Made by a program: the position numbers and the translations under genes. Below are positions 50,187 through 60,191 of a stretch of 64,000 bases of DNA, piece after piece. The DNA lies in NCBI GenBank assembly GCA_004356985.1, contig SMXQ01000107.1:13501-77500 (forward strand), in the 5' to 3' direction. Every line of letters starts with the position of its first letter. The first letter of the stretch is position 1. Under the pieces are notes generated by a model. That model was not told the origin of the DNA. It saw only the letters and a list, made by a program, of their open reading frames with translations, and searched no databases. Source of the stretch: Alphaproteobacteria bacterium. Lineage in GTDB: Bacteria; Pseudomonadota; Alphaproteobacteria; SMXQ01.

Positions 50187-50960
50187 TCATGCCTTGGTAT
50201 CGACGTGCCCGTCGGCTTCGCCCGGGCCGTTATCGCCCCCGGCACCGTCTCCGGCCCGCGGCGCCGGTTTCACATCGGCCGCTTGATCGGGCATGGCGGC
50301 AAGGTCTTGGTTGGCGATGGGGGCCTGGATGGTCTCCGCTTTAGCCCCGCCCTTGGCGACCCCCACCATGGCCGGACGCAACAGCCGCCCGTTCAGCAGG
50401 TAGCCCGGCTGCACCACTTCGACCACGGTCCCCGGCGGCCGGGTCGGGTCGTCGATCTCGAACATGGCCTGGTGGCGGTCGTAATCGAAGGGCGCGCCCA
50501 AGGCATCCACCTTTTCGATGCCGTGGCGCTCCAGGGCGGCGATCAGTTCGCGCTCGGTCAGCTCCATCCCCGCCGCCAGGGCGGCCAGGGCCGGATTGCC
50601 GTCCCGGTCCTCGGCCGAGACGCTGTCGAGCCCGCGGCGCAGGTTGTCGAGCACCGTCAGGCAATCCCGGGCGAAGCCGGCGATGGCGAATTTGGCGGTG
50701 TCCTGGCGTTCCTTCTCGGCCCGGCGCCGGTAGTTTTGGAGCTCCGCCACGGCGCGCAGCAGTTGGTCGTTGAGCTCCGCGGCGCGCGCCTGGTGATCGG
50801 GCGGCGCGTCTTCAACCGCCGGGGCGGGCACATCCCCCGAACCGTCGCCCGAACCGTCGCCCGAACCGCCGGTGGCTGCGTCATCGGGCGATCCGGCCTC
50901 CTCTTCCGGGGCGTTCTTCGGTTCGCCGGCGGCGGGAACCTGGTCTTTTTCTTCGGTCAT
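50187..50960 (-). CDS. grpE: nucleotide exchange factor GrpE
   Basis: From MTEEKD the N-terminus is acidic with (GSGD)3 repeats, followed by a GrpE coiled-coil and beta domain (LLRAVAELQNYRRR, VGVAKGG). Confidence 0.85.
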   Translation of the reverse strand: MTEEKDQVPAAGEPKNAPEEEAGSPDDAATGGSGDGSGDGSGDVPAPAVEDAPPDHQARAAELNDQLLRAVAELQNYRRRAEKERQDTAKFAIAGFARDCLTVLDNLRRGLDSVSAEDRDGNPALAALAAGMELTERELIAALERHGIEKVDALGAPFDYDRHQAMFEIDDPTRPPGTVVEVVQPGYLLNGRLLRPAMVGVAKGGAKAETIQAPIANQDLAAMPDQAADVKPAPRAGDGAGGDNGPGEADGHVDTKA

Positions 50961-50970
50961 GGATGCTCCA

Positions 50971-52053
50971 TCAACGCAGGGATAAAGAGGCCCCCTCACC
51001 CCATAGGCGGCGCAACACCTTGGAGGTGTAATCCACCATGGGGACGATGCGGGCATAATTCATCCGGGTGGGACCGATGACGCCGATGGCGCCGACGATG
51101 TGTTCCGACGAATCGGCGAAGGGCGCCACCACCATGGAACACCCGGCATGGCTGAACAGCGCGTTGTCGGAGCCGATAAAAACCTGCATGCCGTCGGCCT
51201 TGAGGGTGAGTTCCAAAAGCTTGGCCAGGGTTTCCTTGGCCTCCAGGGCCTGGAACAACTCCCGCACCCGTTCCAGGTCTTCCAGCGCCGTGATGCTGCC
51301 CAGAAGATTGGCCTGGCCGCGGACGATCAGGTAGCCCTGCTGGAGATTGCCGCCCGACCAATGGGCCAGGCCGCGCTCCACCAATTGGCTGGCCAGGGTA
51401 TCCAATTGCGCGCGGTGGCTCTCGATTTCGGCCAGGATCTCGGACCTGGCCTCGGCGATGGTCCGCCCGGTCAGCCGCCGGGTCAGGTAATTGCCGGCCT
51501 CCACCAGGGCCGAGGCGAGAATGCCCAGCGGCATTTCGATGACCCGGTTTTCCACCACCCCGGTTTCCGACACCATCACCACCAGGGCCCGGCCGTCGCA
51601 GAGATTGACGAATTCGATATGCTTGAGCGGCGCTTCGTTCTTCGGCGCCAGCACGATGGAGGCGCAGTTGGACAGCCCCGATAGCGCCGCGGTGGCTTCG
51701 GCCAGCGCTTCTTCGACGCTCAGTCCGGTGCCCGCGCACATGGCTTCGATGTCCTCGCGGTCCTCGGTGCTGAGCCCGCCGAGCTCGAGGATGCCGTTGA
51801 CGAACAGCTTGAGCCCGGCCTCGGTGGGAAGACGCCCGGCCGAGGTGTGGGGCGCGAACAGCAATCCCGCCTCCTGCAGGTCGGCCATGACGTTGCGGAT
51901 GGTCGCCGGCGACAGGCCAAGGCCGGAGCTGCGCGCGAGCGTGCGCGAGCCGACCGCTTCGCCGGTCTCCACATAGCTCTCGACGATCAAGCGGAAGACC
52001 TCCCGCGAGCGGTCGTTGAGCTCGGTTACGGTGCCGAACTTGTCGTTGATCAT
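50971..52053 (-). CDS. hrcA: heat-inducible transcription repressor HrcA
   Basis: LNDRSREVFRLIVESYVETGEAVGSRTLA matches the HrcA N-terminal wHTH. The start is taken at MINDKFG, with a GGGAGAG RBS. The gene lies 10 bp upstream of grpE. Confidence 0.88.
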   Translation of the reverse strand: MINDKFGTVTELNDRSREVFRLIVESYVETGEAVGSRTLARSSGLGLSPATIRNVMADLQEAGLLFAPHTSAGRLPTEAGLKLFVNGILELGGLSTEDREDIEAMCAGTGLSVEEALAEATAALSGLSNCASIVLAPKNEAPLKHIEFVNLCDGRALVVMVSETGVVENRVIEMPLGILASALVEAGNYLTRRLTGRTIAEARSEILAEIESHRAQLDTLASQLVERGLAHWSGGNLQQGYLIVRGQANLLGSITALEDLERVRELFQALEAKETLAKLLELTLKADGMQVFIGSDNALFSHAGCSMVVAPFADSSEHIVGAIGVIGPTRMNYARIVPMVDYTSKVLRRLWGEGASLSLR

Positions 52054-52097
52054 CTCTCCCGCATGCCGGACCGGGCATGCCTCCATCTTCCGTGCAG

Positions 52098-52126
52098 AAT
52101 TTAGTCACCGGCCCCGCCAGCGTCAA
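52098..52126 (-). promoter_or_regulatory. putative sigma-70-like promoter for hrcA-grpE (TTGACG-17-TAAATT)
   Basis: On the minus strand the -35 TTGACG is at 52126-52121, a 17-nt spacer follows, and the -10 TAAATT is at 52103-52098, about 45 bp upstream of the chosen hrcA ATG. Confidence 0.35.
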
Positions 52127-52216
52127 CCACCCCTGCTTCTGGACGGGGCGGCGGGGGCACGCTAGCTTGGGCCGCCCGGCGCCGCCGCCCCGGGCCGGAA
52201 CCGGAGGAATCAATAA

Positions 52217-52953
<737 letters not shown>

Positions 52954-52957
<4 letters not shown>

Positions 52958-53571
52958 GGGCGATGGCGCGTCGGCTCACCAGCGGGGCGCTGGTCGTCGC
53001 CTCGCATAACGCGGGCAAGGTGGCCGAGATCGGCGCCCTGATCGCGCCCTTGGGTTTGGAGGTGCTGGGCGCCGCCAGCCTCGGCCTGGCCGAGCCCGAT
53101 GAGACCGGCAATGATTTCATCGCCAACGCCGAGCTCAAGGCCCGCGCCGCCGCCGGGGCCATGAGCCTGCCGGCCCTGGCCGATGATTCCGGGCTTTGCG
53201 TGGCCGCGTTGGCGGGCGCGCCGGGCATCCTCTCCGCCCGCTGGGCCGGGGAGGGGAGGGGTTTCGGCTTGGCCATGGACCGCGTGCACGATGAAATGAC
53301 GGAAACAGGCAACCCCGATACCGGCGCGCGCTTCGTCTGCGCGCTGGCGCTGTGCTGGCCCGACGGCCAGTGCCAGACCGTGCAAGGGGAAGTTCTCGGC
53401 CGCATCACCTGGCCGCCCCGGGGCGGCAACGGATTCGGCTATGACCCCATGTTCATCGCCCGGGGCGAGAGCCTGACCTTCGGCGAGATGGACGCCGCCG
53501 CCAAGCACGCCATCAGCCACCGGGCCGACGCCTTTGCCAAGCTGGTGGCGCGCTGCCTGGGGCCGGCCTGA
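52954..53571 (+). CDS. rdgB: non-canonical purine NTP pyrophosphatase (RdgB/HAM1 family)
   Basis: [14 protein letters not shown] and GFGYDPMF are the family motifs. The gene overlaps rph by 4 bp. Confidence 0.85.
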
Positions 53572-53574
53572 TCC

Positions 53575-54840
53575 ATGGCAGCGCCCGACCTGCCCACCGG
53601 CGGCCTGCCCACCGCCAGCCTGCCCACCGCCGATCCGGCCGCGCCGGGATTTGCGCCGGAGATTCGGGCCCGGCCCATGGCCCTGTACGTGCATTGGCCG
53701 TTTTGCGCCTCCAAATGCCCGTACTGCGATTTCAACTCCCACGTGGCGGACAGCATCGACCAGGATTCCTGGCGGCGAGCCTATCTCACGGAGCTCGATT
53801 CTTGGGCGCCGGCCCTGGCCGGACGCCGGTTGACATCGATCTTTTTCGGCGGCGGCACGCCGTCGCTCATGGACCCCGACACCGCCGCCGCGGTGATCGG
53901 CCGGGCGCGTGAAATCTGGCCCGACAACCCCGGCGCGGACCTGGAGATCACCCTTGAAGCCAATCCCAATTCGGCCGAGGCGGCGCGCTTCGAGGCCTTA
54001 CGCGCGGCCGGAATCAACCGGCTGTCTCTCGGCGTCCAGGCGCTCGACGATAGCGCCCTCGCCTTCCTCGGGCGCACCCACTCGGCGGCCGAGGCCCAGG
54101 CGGCGGTCACCCGCGCCAAGGCGCATTTCCCGCGCGTCAACGCCGACATGATCTATGCCCGGCCCGGCCAGACCATCACCGCCTGGCAAGAGGAACTGGC
54201 GCGCCTGATGGGCGAGGGCCTCGGCCACCTGTCGCTTTATCAGCTCACCATCGAACGCGGCACGCCGTTCTTCTCGGCCCATCGCCGCGGCGACTTCACC
54301 CTGCCCAGCGACGACGACCAGGCCGGGCTCTACCTTGCGACCGGGGAGGTCCTGGCCCGGGCCGGGCTCGCCGCCTACGAGGTGTCCAACTACGCGCGGG
54401 CGGACGAGCAATGCCGTCACAACCTCACCTATTGGCGCTATGGCGACTTCCTGGGAATCGGCCCCGGCGCCCACGGACGCCTTCTTCTTGCGGGCACCGC
54501 CCTGGCCACGGAAAACTACCGCGCGCCCGCCGACTGGCTGGCGGCGGTCGGCCGGTGCGGCCGCGGCATCAAGGAGGAAACACCGCTCACGGCGATGGTG
54601 CGCGCCCAAGAGATGGTGATCATGGGGCTGCGCCTGGAGGTTGGCATCACCGCCGCCGATTTCCGGGCCGTGACCGGCGGCGATTTCACCGATTACCTGG
54701 ACCGGGCGGCCATGGCGCGCCTCACCCAAGGGGGATACTTAAGCCGCCAGCGCGGGCGGCTCAAGGCCACCCCTGAGGGCCGCCTGCGGCTCGACTCTGT
54801 GATCGCGTCTTTGCTGGGGACGGCGCGCCGCGGATCGTGA
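53575..54840 (+). CDS. hemW: radical SAM heme chaperone HemW (HemN-like)
   Basis: LYVHWPFCASKCPYCDFNS gives the CxxxCxxC motif. It is the third gene of the rph-rdgB-hemW cluster. A possible true start is MALYVHW at 53677. Confidence 0.85.
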   Translation: MAAPDLPTGGLPTASLPTADPAAPGFAPEIRARPMALYVHWPFCASKCPYCDFNSHVADSIDQDSWRRAYLTELDSWAPALAGRRLTSIFFGGGTPSLMDPDTAAAVIGRAREIWPDNPGADLEITLEANPNSAEAARFEALRAAGINRLSLGVQALDDSALAFLGRTHSAAEAQAAVTRAKAHFPRVNADMIYARPGQTITAWQEELARLMGEGLGHLSLYQLTIERGTPFFSAHRRGDFTLPSDDDQAGLYLATGEVLARAGLAAYEVSNYARADEQCRHNLTYWRYGDFLGIGPGAHGRLLLAGTALATENYRAPADWLAAVGRCGRGIKEETPLTAMVRAQEMVIMGLRLEVGITAADFRAVTGGDFTDYLDRAAMARLTQGGYLSRQRGRLKATPEGRLRLDSVIASLLGTARRGS

Positions 54841-54857
54841 CCGCGTGCCCTAGAGCC

Positions 54858-56537
54858 CTAGTTACCGATCTTTTGGAAGGTCAGGGGCGCCGGCGAAACC
54901 ACCACGAAGCGCCGCGCGCGCACCTCCATCACCGCGAAACCGCGCTCCACCAATCCCGAGCGCAACAACCGGAAGATGCCGTCGGCCCCGGCGAACCCGT
55001 TGGCCGCGGTCAGCGCCTGCCTGGTAAAGACTTGGCCCGGCGCGCGGCGCGGCGGCGGCACCGACCCGGCGGCGGTGCCCGCCAGCTTGGCCAGCTTGGC
55101 GGGGACCGGGTCCGGCGGCCGGGCGATGACCGCGGCAAGCGCGGTGGCGTCATAGGCCAGCGCGGCGACCGGCGGCGCCGGGCTGCCGAAGGCTTTTCTA
55201 TAAGCCGTCTCGAAAGCCTGGCGGGCGGCCGGCGGCGGCGCCGTGAACCAACCGCCGTAGAGCGCCGGTTCGGTGGCGAGGACCGGATCGTTCCAATCGA
55301 CGGTTCCCAGCACCCGCACCTGGCGCGGGTCGATGTCGTAGAACCGCAGCAACGGCGCCAGTGCCCGCAGGCTGGCCCCGCCCTGGGGCAGGAACACGCC
55401 GTCGAAATCCACCCCGCCCAGGGTGTCGCGTTTGGCCAGGCGCCGCAGCGCACGCGCCGACGCTTCATCGCTTTCGGCCCTGAGCTCCTTGCGCCGGGCA
55501 AGGAGAGCCCAGCGCCGCGCGTCGTAATTGGCGAGAGCCTTGACGACCGGAGCAAGGGCTTCGGTCGATTGCCCCCGGTAATGGGCCACGGTCTTCAGGT
55601 CCAGGCCGAGAACCGGGATCAGGCGGCGCAGAATCTGCGCCACCCTGTCGCCATAGGGGCCTTCGGGGACCAGCCCGACGATACGCTTCAACCCGCGGTC
55701 CCTGGCATAGGTCATGACCCGCCTGATCTGCGATTCCGGCGTAAAGCCCATGACATAGACGCCGTTGCCGGCGACCGCCAGATCATTGGAAAACGACACC
55801 ACCTGGACACCGCCGGCCTGGGCGATGGGCGCGACGGCGGCCACCGATGGGGCGAAGACCGGGCCCAGGATCAGCCGCGCCCCATCATCGAGCGCCCGGC
55901 GGGCGGCGGCGGCGGCGCCCTCGGGGGTGCCTTGGGTGTCCACCGGCACTAATGCCAGCTCTTCGCCGGCGATGTCGAACAAGGCTAATTGGGCGGCGTT
56001 CAGCAGGCTTTGTCCGAGCTCGGCATGGGGTCCCGACAGGGGCACGAGCAGGCCCACCCGGATCACCGGGGCGACCCCGGGCGGCGGGATCAGGACGATG
56101 CGCCCCGGCTCCTGCCCTGGTTCCTGCCCCGGCCCCGGCCCCGGCGGTGGCGCCTTGGGCGGTAGCGCCGCGAGATCCGGCGACGGCGGCGAAACCCTGG
56201 CGGCGGGGGCCGGGGGCACCGCCGGGGCAGGCGGCTTGGCCGGGCTCATGGGTGGCCCCGCCCGCGCGCCGCCGATCTTTTTAGGCGGCGCCGTCACCGG
56301 TTCCATGGCGACCCGTTCGTCGTCGGCGACGATGGCGCGGCGCACCTGTTCCAGGGTCTCGCAGCCGCCAAGCGCCGCCGCCATCGCCAGCGCCGCAAAG
56401 GCGGCAGGGATTCGGCGGCGTCTCTGTCCTTCAGAACTGGGGCGCAAGGGGCTATCCTCGAAGCGTGCGGGTGGCGGAGCCGGCGCCCGGAGCGTAACCA
56501 GCGCGGCAACCCAAGTAAACTCCCGGGGGGCGGACAT
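54858..56537 (-). CDS. lpoA: LpoA-like penicillin-binding-protein activator lipoprotein (YraM family)
   Basis: Lipobox ...AALGGC, then a proline-rich linker (PPAPAVPPAPA...PGQEPGQEPG), then a periplasmic-binding-protein-like C-terminal domain. It is divergent from rsmI as in yraL/yraM. The start is uncertain. Confidence 0.65.
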   Translation of the reverse strand: MSAPREFTWVAALVTLRAPAPPPARFEDSPLRPSSEGQRRRRIPAAFAALAMAAALGGCETLEQVRRAIVADDERVAMEPVTAPPKKIGGARAGPPMSPAKPPAPAVPPAPAARVSPPSPDLAALPPKAPPPGPGPGQEPGQEPGRIVLIPPPGVAPVIRVGLLVPLSGPHAELGQSLLNAAQLALFDIAGEELALVPVDTQGTPEGAAAAARRALDDGARLILGPVFAPSVAAVAPIAQAGGVQVVSFSNDLAVAGNGVYVMGFTPESQIRRVMTYARDRGLKRIVGLVPEGPYGDRVAQILRRLIPVLGLDLKTVAHYRGQSTEALAPVVKALANYDARRWALLARRKELRAESDEASARALRRLAKRDTLGGVDFDGVFLPQGGASLRALAPLLRFYDIDPRQVRVLGTVDWNDPVLATEPALYGGWFTAPPPAARQAFETAYRKAFGSPAPPVAALAYDATALAAVIARPPDPVPAKLAKLAGTAAGSVPPPRRAPGQVFTRQALTAANGFAGADGIFRLLRSGLVERGFAVMEVRARRFVVVSPAPLTFQKIGN

Positions 56538-57406
56538 TGGACGGCAATGATGGCGAAAACCGGGCGCTTGAGCCTGGGCTATACTTGGTGGCGACGCCCA
56601 TCGGCAATCTGCGCGACATCACCTTACGCGCCCTGGACGCGCTCGCCGCGGCCGATGTGATCGCCTGCGAGGACACCCGGGTGACGGCCAAGCTGCTGGC
56701 CGCCCACGCCATCGACACGCCCATGACCCTTTATCACGAGCATAACGCGGCCCGCGCCCGGCCCAGGCTGATCCGCCGCCTCAAGGAGGGCGGCCGGGTG
56801 GCCCTGGTGTCCGACGCCGGCACGCCTCTGATATCGGATCCCGGCTTCAAGCTGGTCGCCGCCTGCCGCGAGGAGGGCATTGCCGTCACGTTCCTCCCCG
56901 GCGCCTCGGCCCCGCTTGCCGCCTTGGTGCTATCAGGCCTGCCCAGCGACCGCTTCCTGTTCGCCGGCTTCCTGCCGCCGCGGCCCAAGGCCCGGCGCGA
57001 CCGGTTGGCGGCGCTGGCCGGCGTGGACGCGACATTGGTGCTGTTCGAATCCGGCCGCCGTTTGGCCGCCATGCTGGCCGACGCGGCGGACCTGTTGGGG
57101 TCCAGGCCGGCGGTGGTGTGCCGCGAACTCACCAAGCTTTTTGAGGAGGTGGTGCCCGGCGATCTCGCCGCCCTGGCCGCGCGCTATGGCACCGAAGGCC
57201 CGCCCAAGGGAGAGATCGTCATCGTCATCGGGCCGCCGCCGGGCGGGCGGGAGGAACTCAGCGACGCCGCCCTCGATGGCCAATTGCGGGCGGCCCTGGC
57301 CGGGGACAGCCTGCGCGACGCGGTGGCCGCCGTCGCCCAAGCCACCGGCTTGCCCCGGCGCCGGGTCTATGCGCGGGCGCTCCGGCTTTGCGCCGAGGCC
57401 CGATGA
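56537..57406 (+). CDS. rsmI: 16S rRNA (cytidine1402-2'-O)-methyltransferase
   Basis: LYLVATPIGNLRDITLRALDAL...IACEDTR is the RsmI/YraL N-terminus. Confidence 0.9.
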   Translation: MDGNDGENRALEPGLYLVATPIGNLRDITLRALDALAAADVIACEDTRVTAKLLAAHAIDTPMTLYHEHNAARARPRLIRRLKEGGRVALVSDAGTPLISDPGFKLVAACREEGIAVTFLPGASAPLAALVLSGLPSDRFLFAGFLPPRPKARRDRLAALAGVDATLVLFESGRRLAAMLADAADLLGSRPAVVCRELTKLFEEVVPGDLAALAARYGTEGPPKGEIVIVIGPPPGGREELSDAALDGQLRAALAGDSLRDAVAAVAQATGLPRRRVYARALRLCAEAR

Positions 57407-57780
57407 CCGGCCGGGGCACCCATGGCGACCGGCGCAGGCAGGCGCGCGGGCGCGGCCGGCGGGCCGAGGCGCTGGCCGCCTTGTTCCTGGTCTGCAAGGG
57501 GTACAGGATCGTCGAGCGGTCCTTCCGCACCCGGGGGGGCGAGATCGACATCGTCGCCCTACGGGGCAAGACCCTGGCCATGGTCGAGGTCAAATACCGC
57601 GCCCGCAAGGCCGATGCCGCCTGGTCCATCACCCCCGCCCAACGCCGGCGGATCGCGCTTTGCGCGCGTGGCTTCATCGCCGCACATCCGCGCTTCGCCG
57701 GTCATTACATCCGTTTCGACGCGGTGCTGATGGCGCCCTGGCGCCCGCCCACCCACCTGAGGGATGCCTGGCGCTGTTGA
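57388..57780 (+). CDS. yraN: YraN-family (UPF0102) endonuclease-like protein
   Basis: GEIDIVAL...VEVKYR is the YraN core. The gene overlaps the rsmI 3' end. Confidence 0.8.
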   Translation: MRRGPMTGRGTHGDRRRQARGRGRRAEALAALFLVCKGYRIVERSFRTRGGEIDIVALRGKTLAMVEVKYRARKADAAWSITPAQRRRIALCARGFIAAHPRFAGHYIRFDAVLMAPWRPPTHLRDAWRC

Positions 57781-57806
57781 CGGCGCCGCGCTGGGCGCAA
57801 ATTCCC

Positions 57807-57828
57807 GCCAATTTGAACCATTTCACCG
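57807..57828. repeat. repeat family copy E (loop-only): GCCAATTTGAACCATTTCACCG
   Basis: It lies 27 bp after the yraN stop and about 55 bp upstream of the BON-domain gene start. Confidence 0.5.
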
Positions 57829-57882
57829 TGCAGCGCCCTGGACAAGGGCCGAGAGTTGTGAATCAATGGGCCGGGGCCGACC

Positions 57883-58641
57883 GTGCCGTGTCGAACATTC
57901 AACGGGGCTGCATCCATGACGACGAATTTCCCGAAACCCTCTGCCGACCACGGGATGAACGGCGGGATGAACGGCGGGATGACCGGGCGGGGCCCTTGCG
58001 CGCGCGCTGATTTCCGCGTGTTTCGCCGCCTCCGCCGTGCCGCCTGCCTGGCCCTCATACTTGGCGTGGGCGGCCTCACCGGGGGGTGCGCCACCTCCGC
58101 GGTGGTGGGGATTGGCGCGTCGGGCGCCGTGGCGGCATCGGAAGAGCGTGGGCTCGGCGGCGCGCTGCGTGATAAGCGCATCAAGGCGGTGATCAACTAT
58201 CACCTGCTCGACGTCGATCCTCAACTGCTCAGGGGGTTGTCCACCGCCGTCTATGAAGGCCGCGTGCTGCTCACCGGCATCGCCGCCACCACCGCCAAGC
58301 GTGACGCCGCGGTGCGCATCGCCTGGCAGGCCGAGGGCGTCAAGGAGGTGATCAACGAGATCATCGTCGATGCCAAGGGGGTAAGCGGCAGCTTCGCCCG
58401 GGACACCTGGATCTCCGCCAAGCTGCGGGCCAAGCTGTTGTTCGAAACGGATATCGTCGGCATCAACTATTCCATCGATACCGTCCGCGGCACGGTGCAC
58501 CTGTTGGGCGTCGCCCAGGACCGCGCCGAGCTCGACCTGGTGCTCATTTACGCGCGGAATCTCAGCCATGTCCGCAACGTGGTGAACCACGTCATCCTCA
58601 AGACCGACCCCAGGCGCCAGGCCAACCAAGCCAAGAAGTGA
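57883..58641 (+). CDS. BON-domain (OsmY/DolP/YraP-like) periplasmic lipoprotein
   Basis: A lipobox LTGGC is followed by two BON-like repeats (RIKAVINYHL...EGRVLLTG, ISAKLRAKLLF...VRGTVHLLG). Its position after yraN matches E. coli yraP. Confidence 0.7.
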   Translation: MPCRTFNGAASMTTNFPKPSADHGMNGGMNGGMTGRGPCARADFRVFRRLRRAACLALILGVGGLTGGCATSAVVGIGASGAVAASEERGLGGALRDKRIKAVINYHLLDVDPQLLRGLSTAVYEGRVLLTGIAATTAKRDAAVRIAWQAEGVKEVINEIIVDAKGVSGSFARDTWISAKLRAKLLFETDIVGINYSIDTVRGTVHLLGVAQDRAELDLVLIYARNLSHVRNVVNHVILKTDPRRQANQAKK

Positions 58642-58760
58642 CCCCCGCCGGGGCCAGGGCATATTCCGGGCAAAAGGTTTAATTCGGCCCCATAGTGCAC
58701 TAGGCTGGGCGGTCGAGACCGGTCAAACCGCACCGGTGAACCCACCGGGTACCCCTGCCC

Positions 58761-59726
58761 ATGAGCCTTGCCGTCGCCTTCCAGATGGACCCCCTCGAGG
58801 GCATCGACGTTAACGCCGATTCCACTTATCTGCTGGCCGTCGAGGCAACCGCCCGCGGCCACGCGCTCTATCACTACCTGCCCCAGGACATGACCCTGGC
58901 CAGCGGCCGGGTGGTGGCCCGGGCGCGGCGCTTCGAGGCCCGGGCCGATGACGGCCAGCCGTTCACCATGGGCGCCGAGGAACGCATCGACCTGGCCACC
59001 CTCGACGTGGTGATGATGCGCCAGGATCCGCCCTTCGACATGGCCTATATCACCGCCACCCACCTGTTGGAGCACGTCCACCCCGACACCCTGGTGGTCA
59101 ACGATCCGGTCCAGGTGCGCAATGCGCCGGAGAAGCTCTTCGTCACCCATTTCGCCGAGCTGATGCCGCCGACCCTGATCACCACCGACCGGGCCCAGGT
59201 GGTCGCCTTCCGCGCCGAGCACGGCGACATCATCATCAAGCCCTTGTTCGGCAACGGCGGCGCCGGGGTGTTTCACCTTGGCGCCGGGGACGAGAATTTA
59301 GCCGCGCTGCTGGAACTCTTTGCCGTGCTCTACCGCGAGCCCATGGTGGTCCAGCGCTATCTTCCGGAAGTGCGCGCCGGCGACAAGCGCATCATCCTCA
59401 TCGACGGCCAGGCGGCGGGCGCCGTCAACCGGGTGCCGGCGCCGGGCGAGGCCCGGGCCAACCTCCATGTCGGCGCCCGGGCGGAGCCGGCCAAGCTCAC
59501 GGCGCGGGACCTCGAGATCTGCGAGGCCATCGGCCCGACCCTCAGCGAACGCGGGCTGGTCTTCGTCGGCATCGACGTGATCGGCGATTTTCTCACCGAG
59601 ATCAACGTCACCTCGCCCACCGGCATCCAGGAAATCAACCGCTTCGACGACGTGCGGTTGGAACGCCGAATCTGGGACGCCGTCGAGGCCCGGGTGCACG
59701 CGCGGCACCGCGAACCGCCGGCGTGA
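58761..59726 (+). CDS. gshB: glutathione synthase
   Basis: A 321-aa ATP-grasp sequence begins MSLAVAFQMDPLEGIDVNADSTYLLAVEA. It is full-length GshB. Confidence 0.9.
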   Translation: MSLAVAFQMDPLEGIDVNADSTYLLAVEATARGHALYHYLPQDMTLASGRVVARARRFEARADDGQPFTMGAEERIDLATLDVVMMRQDPPFDMAYITATHLLEHVHPDTLVVNDPVQVRNAPEKLFVTHFAELMPPTLITTDRAQVVAFRAEHGDIIIKPLFGNGGAGVFHLGAGDENLAALLELFAVLYREPMVVQRYLPEVRAGDKRIILIDGQAAGAVNRVPAPGEARANLHVGARAEPAKLTARDLEICEAIGPTLSERGLVFVGIDVIGDFLTEINVTSPTGIQEINRFDDVRLERRIWDAVEARVHARHREPPA

Positions 59727-59762
59727 GGGCGCCGGAGTACGGGTTCCGCCATAATTTTTTAG

Positions 59763-59784
59763 CAATTTGGATTATTTGGATTGG
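59763..59784. repeat. degenerate copy F of the repeat family (CAATTTGGATTATTTGGATTGG)
   Basis: 14 of 20 positions match the core AATTTGAACCATTTGACCGG. It overlaps the MAPEG gene start region. Confidence 0.3.
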
Positions 59785-59795
59785 GGAGAACGCCC

Positions 59796-60191
59796 GTGCC
59801 GATTCTGACCGCCGCCTACACCGCGATCCTCGCCCTGTTGCTGGTCGCCCTGAGCGCCCGCGTCATTCAACTGCGCTACATTTTCGCGGTGCCCCTGGGA
59901 GACGGCGGCGAGCAACGGCTGGCGCGCGCCGTGCGGGGCCAGGGCAATTTCGCCGAATATGTTCCCCTGGCGCTGATCGCCATCCTTTGTCTGGAGCTTC
60001 TCGGCCAACCCCCCTGGCTGATCCACGCCACGGGCGTGGCGTTGGTCCTGGGCCGCGTCGCCCACGGCATCTGCTTCGCCTGGTGCGAGAGCGCCCCGGG
60101 CCTGCGCCGGGCCGGCATGATTCTGACCTTCGCGGCGCTCATCATCGGCGCGCTGGGAAACCTCGCGGCGGTAATTTCGCGGGCCTTTTAG
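59796..60191 (+). CDS. MAPEG-family membrane protein (microsomal glutathione S-transferase-like)
   Basis: A small protein of about 131 aa with 4 TM segments and MAPEG-like features (RVIQLRY...NFAEYVPLAL). The GTG start at 59796 is preferred over TTG at 59781. Confidence 0.55.
   Translation: MPILTAAYTAILALLLVALSARVIQLRYIFAVPLGDGGEQRLARAVRGQGNFAEYVPLALIAILCLELLGQPPWLIHATGVALVLGRVAHGICFAWCESAPGLRRAGMILTFAALIIGALGNLAAVISRAF

Noticed and set aside
49938-52216. CIRCE (TTAGCACTC-N9-GAGTGCTAA) operator near dnaK, grpE or hrcA
   Set aside because: No match was seen in the upstream regions. CIRCE is normally at groESL, which is not in this window.
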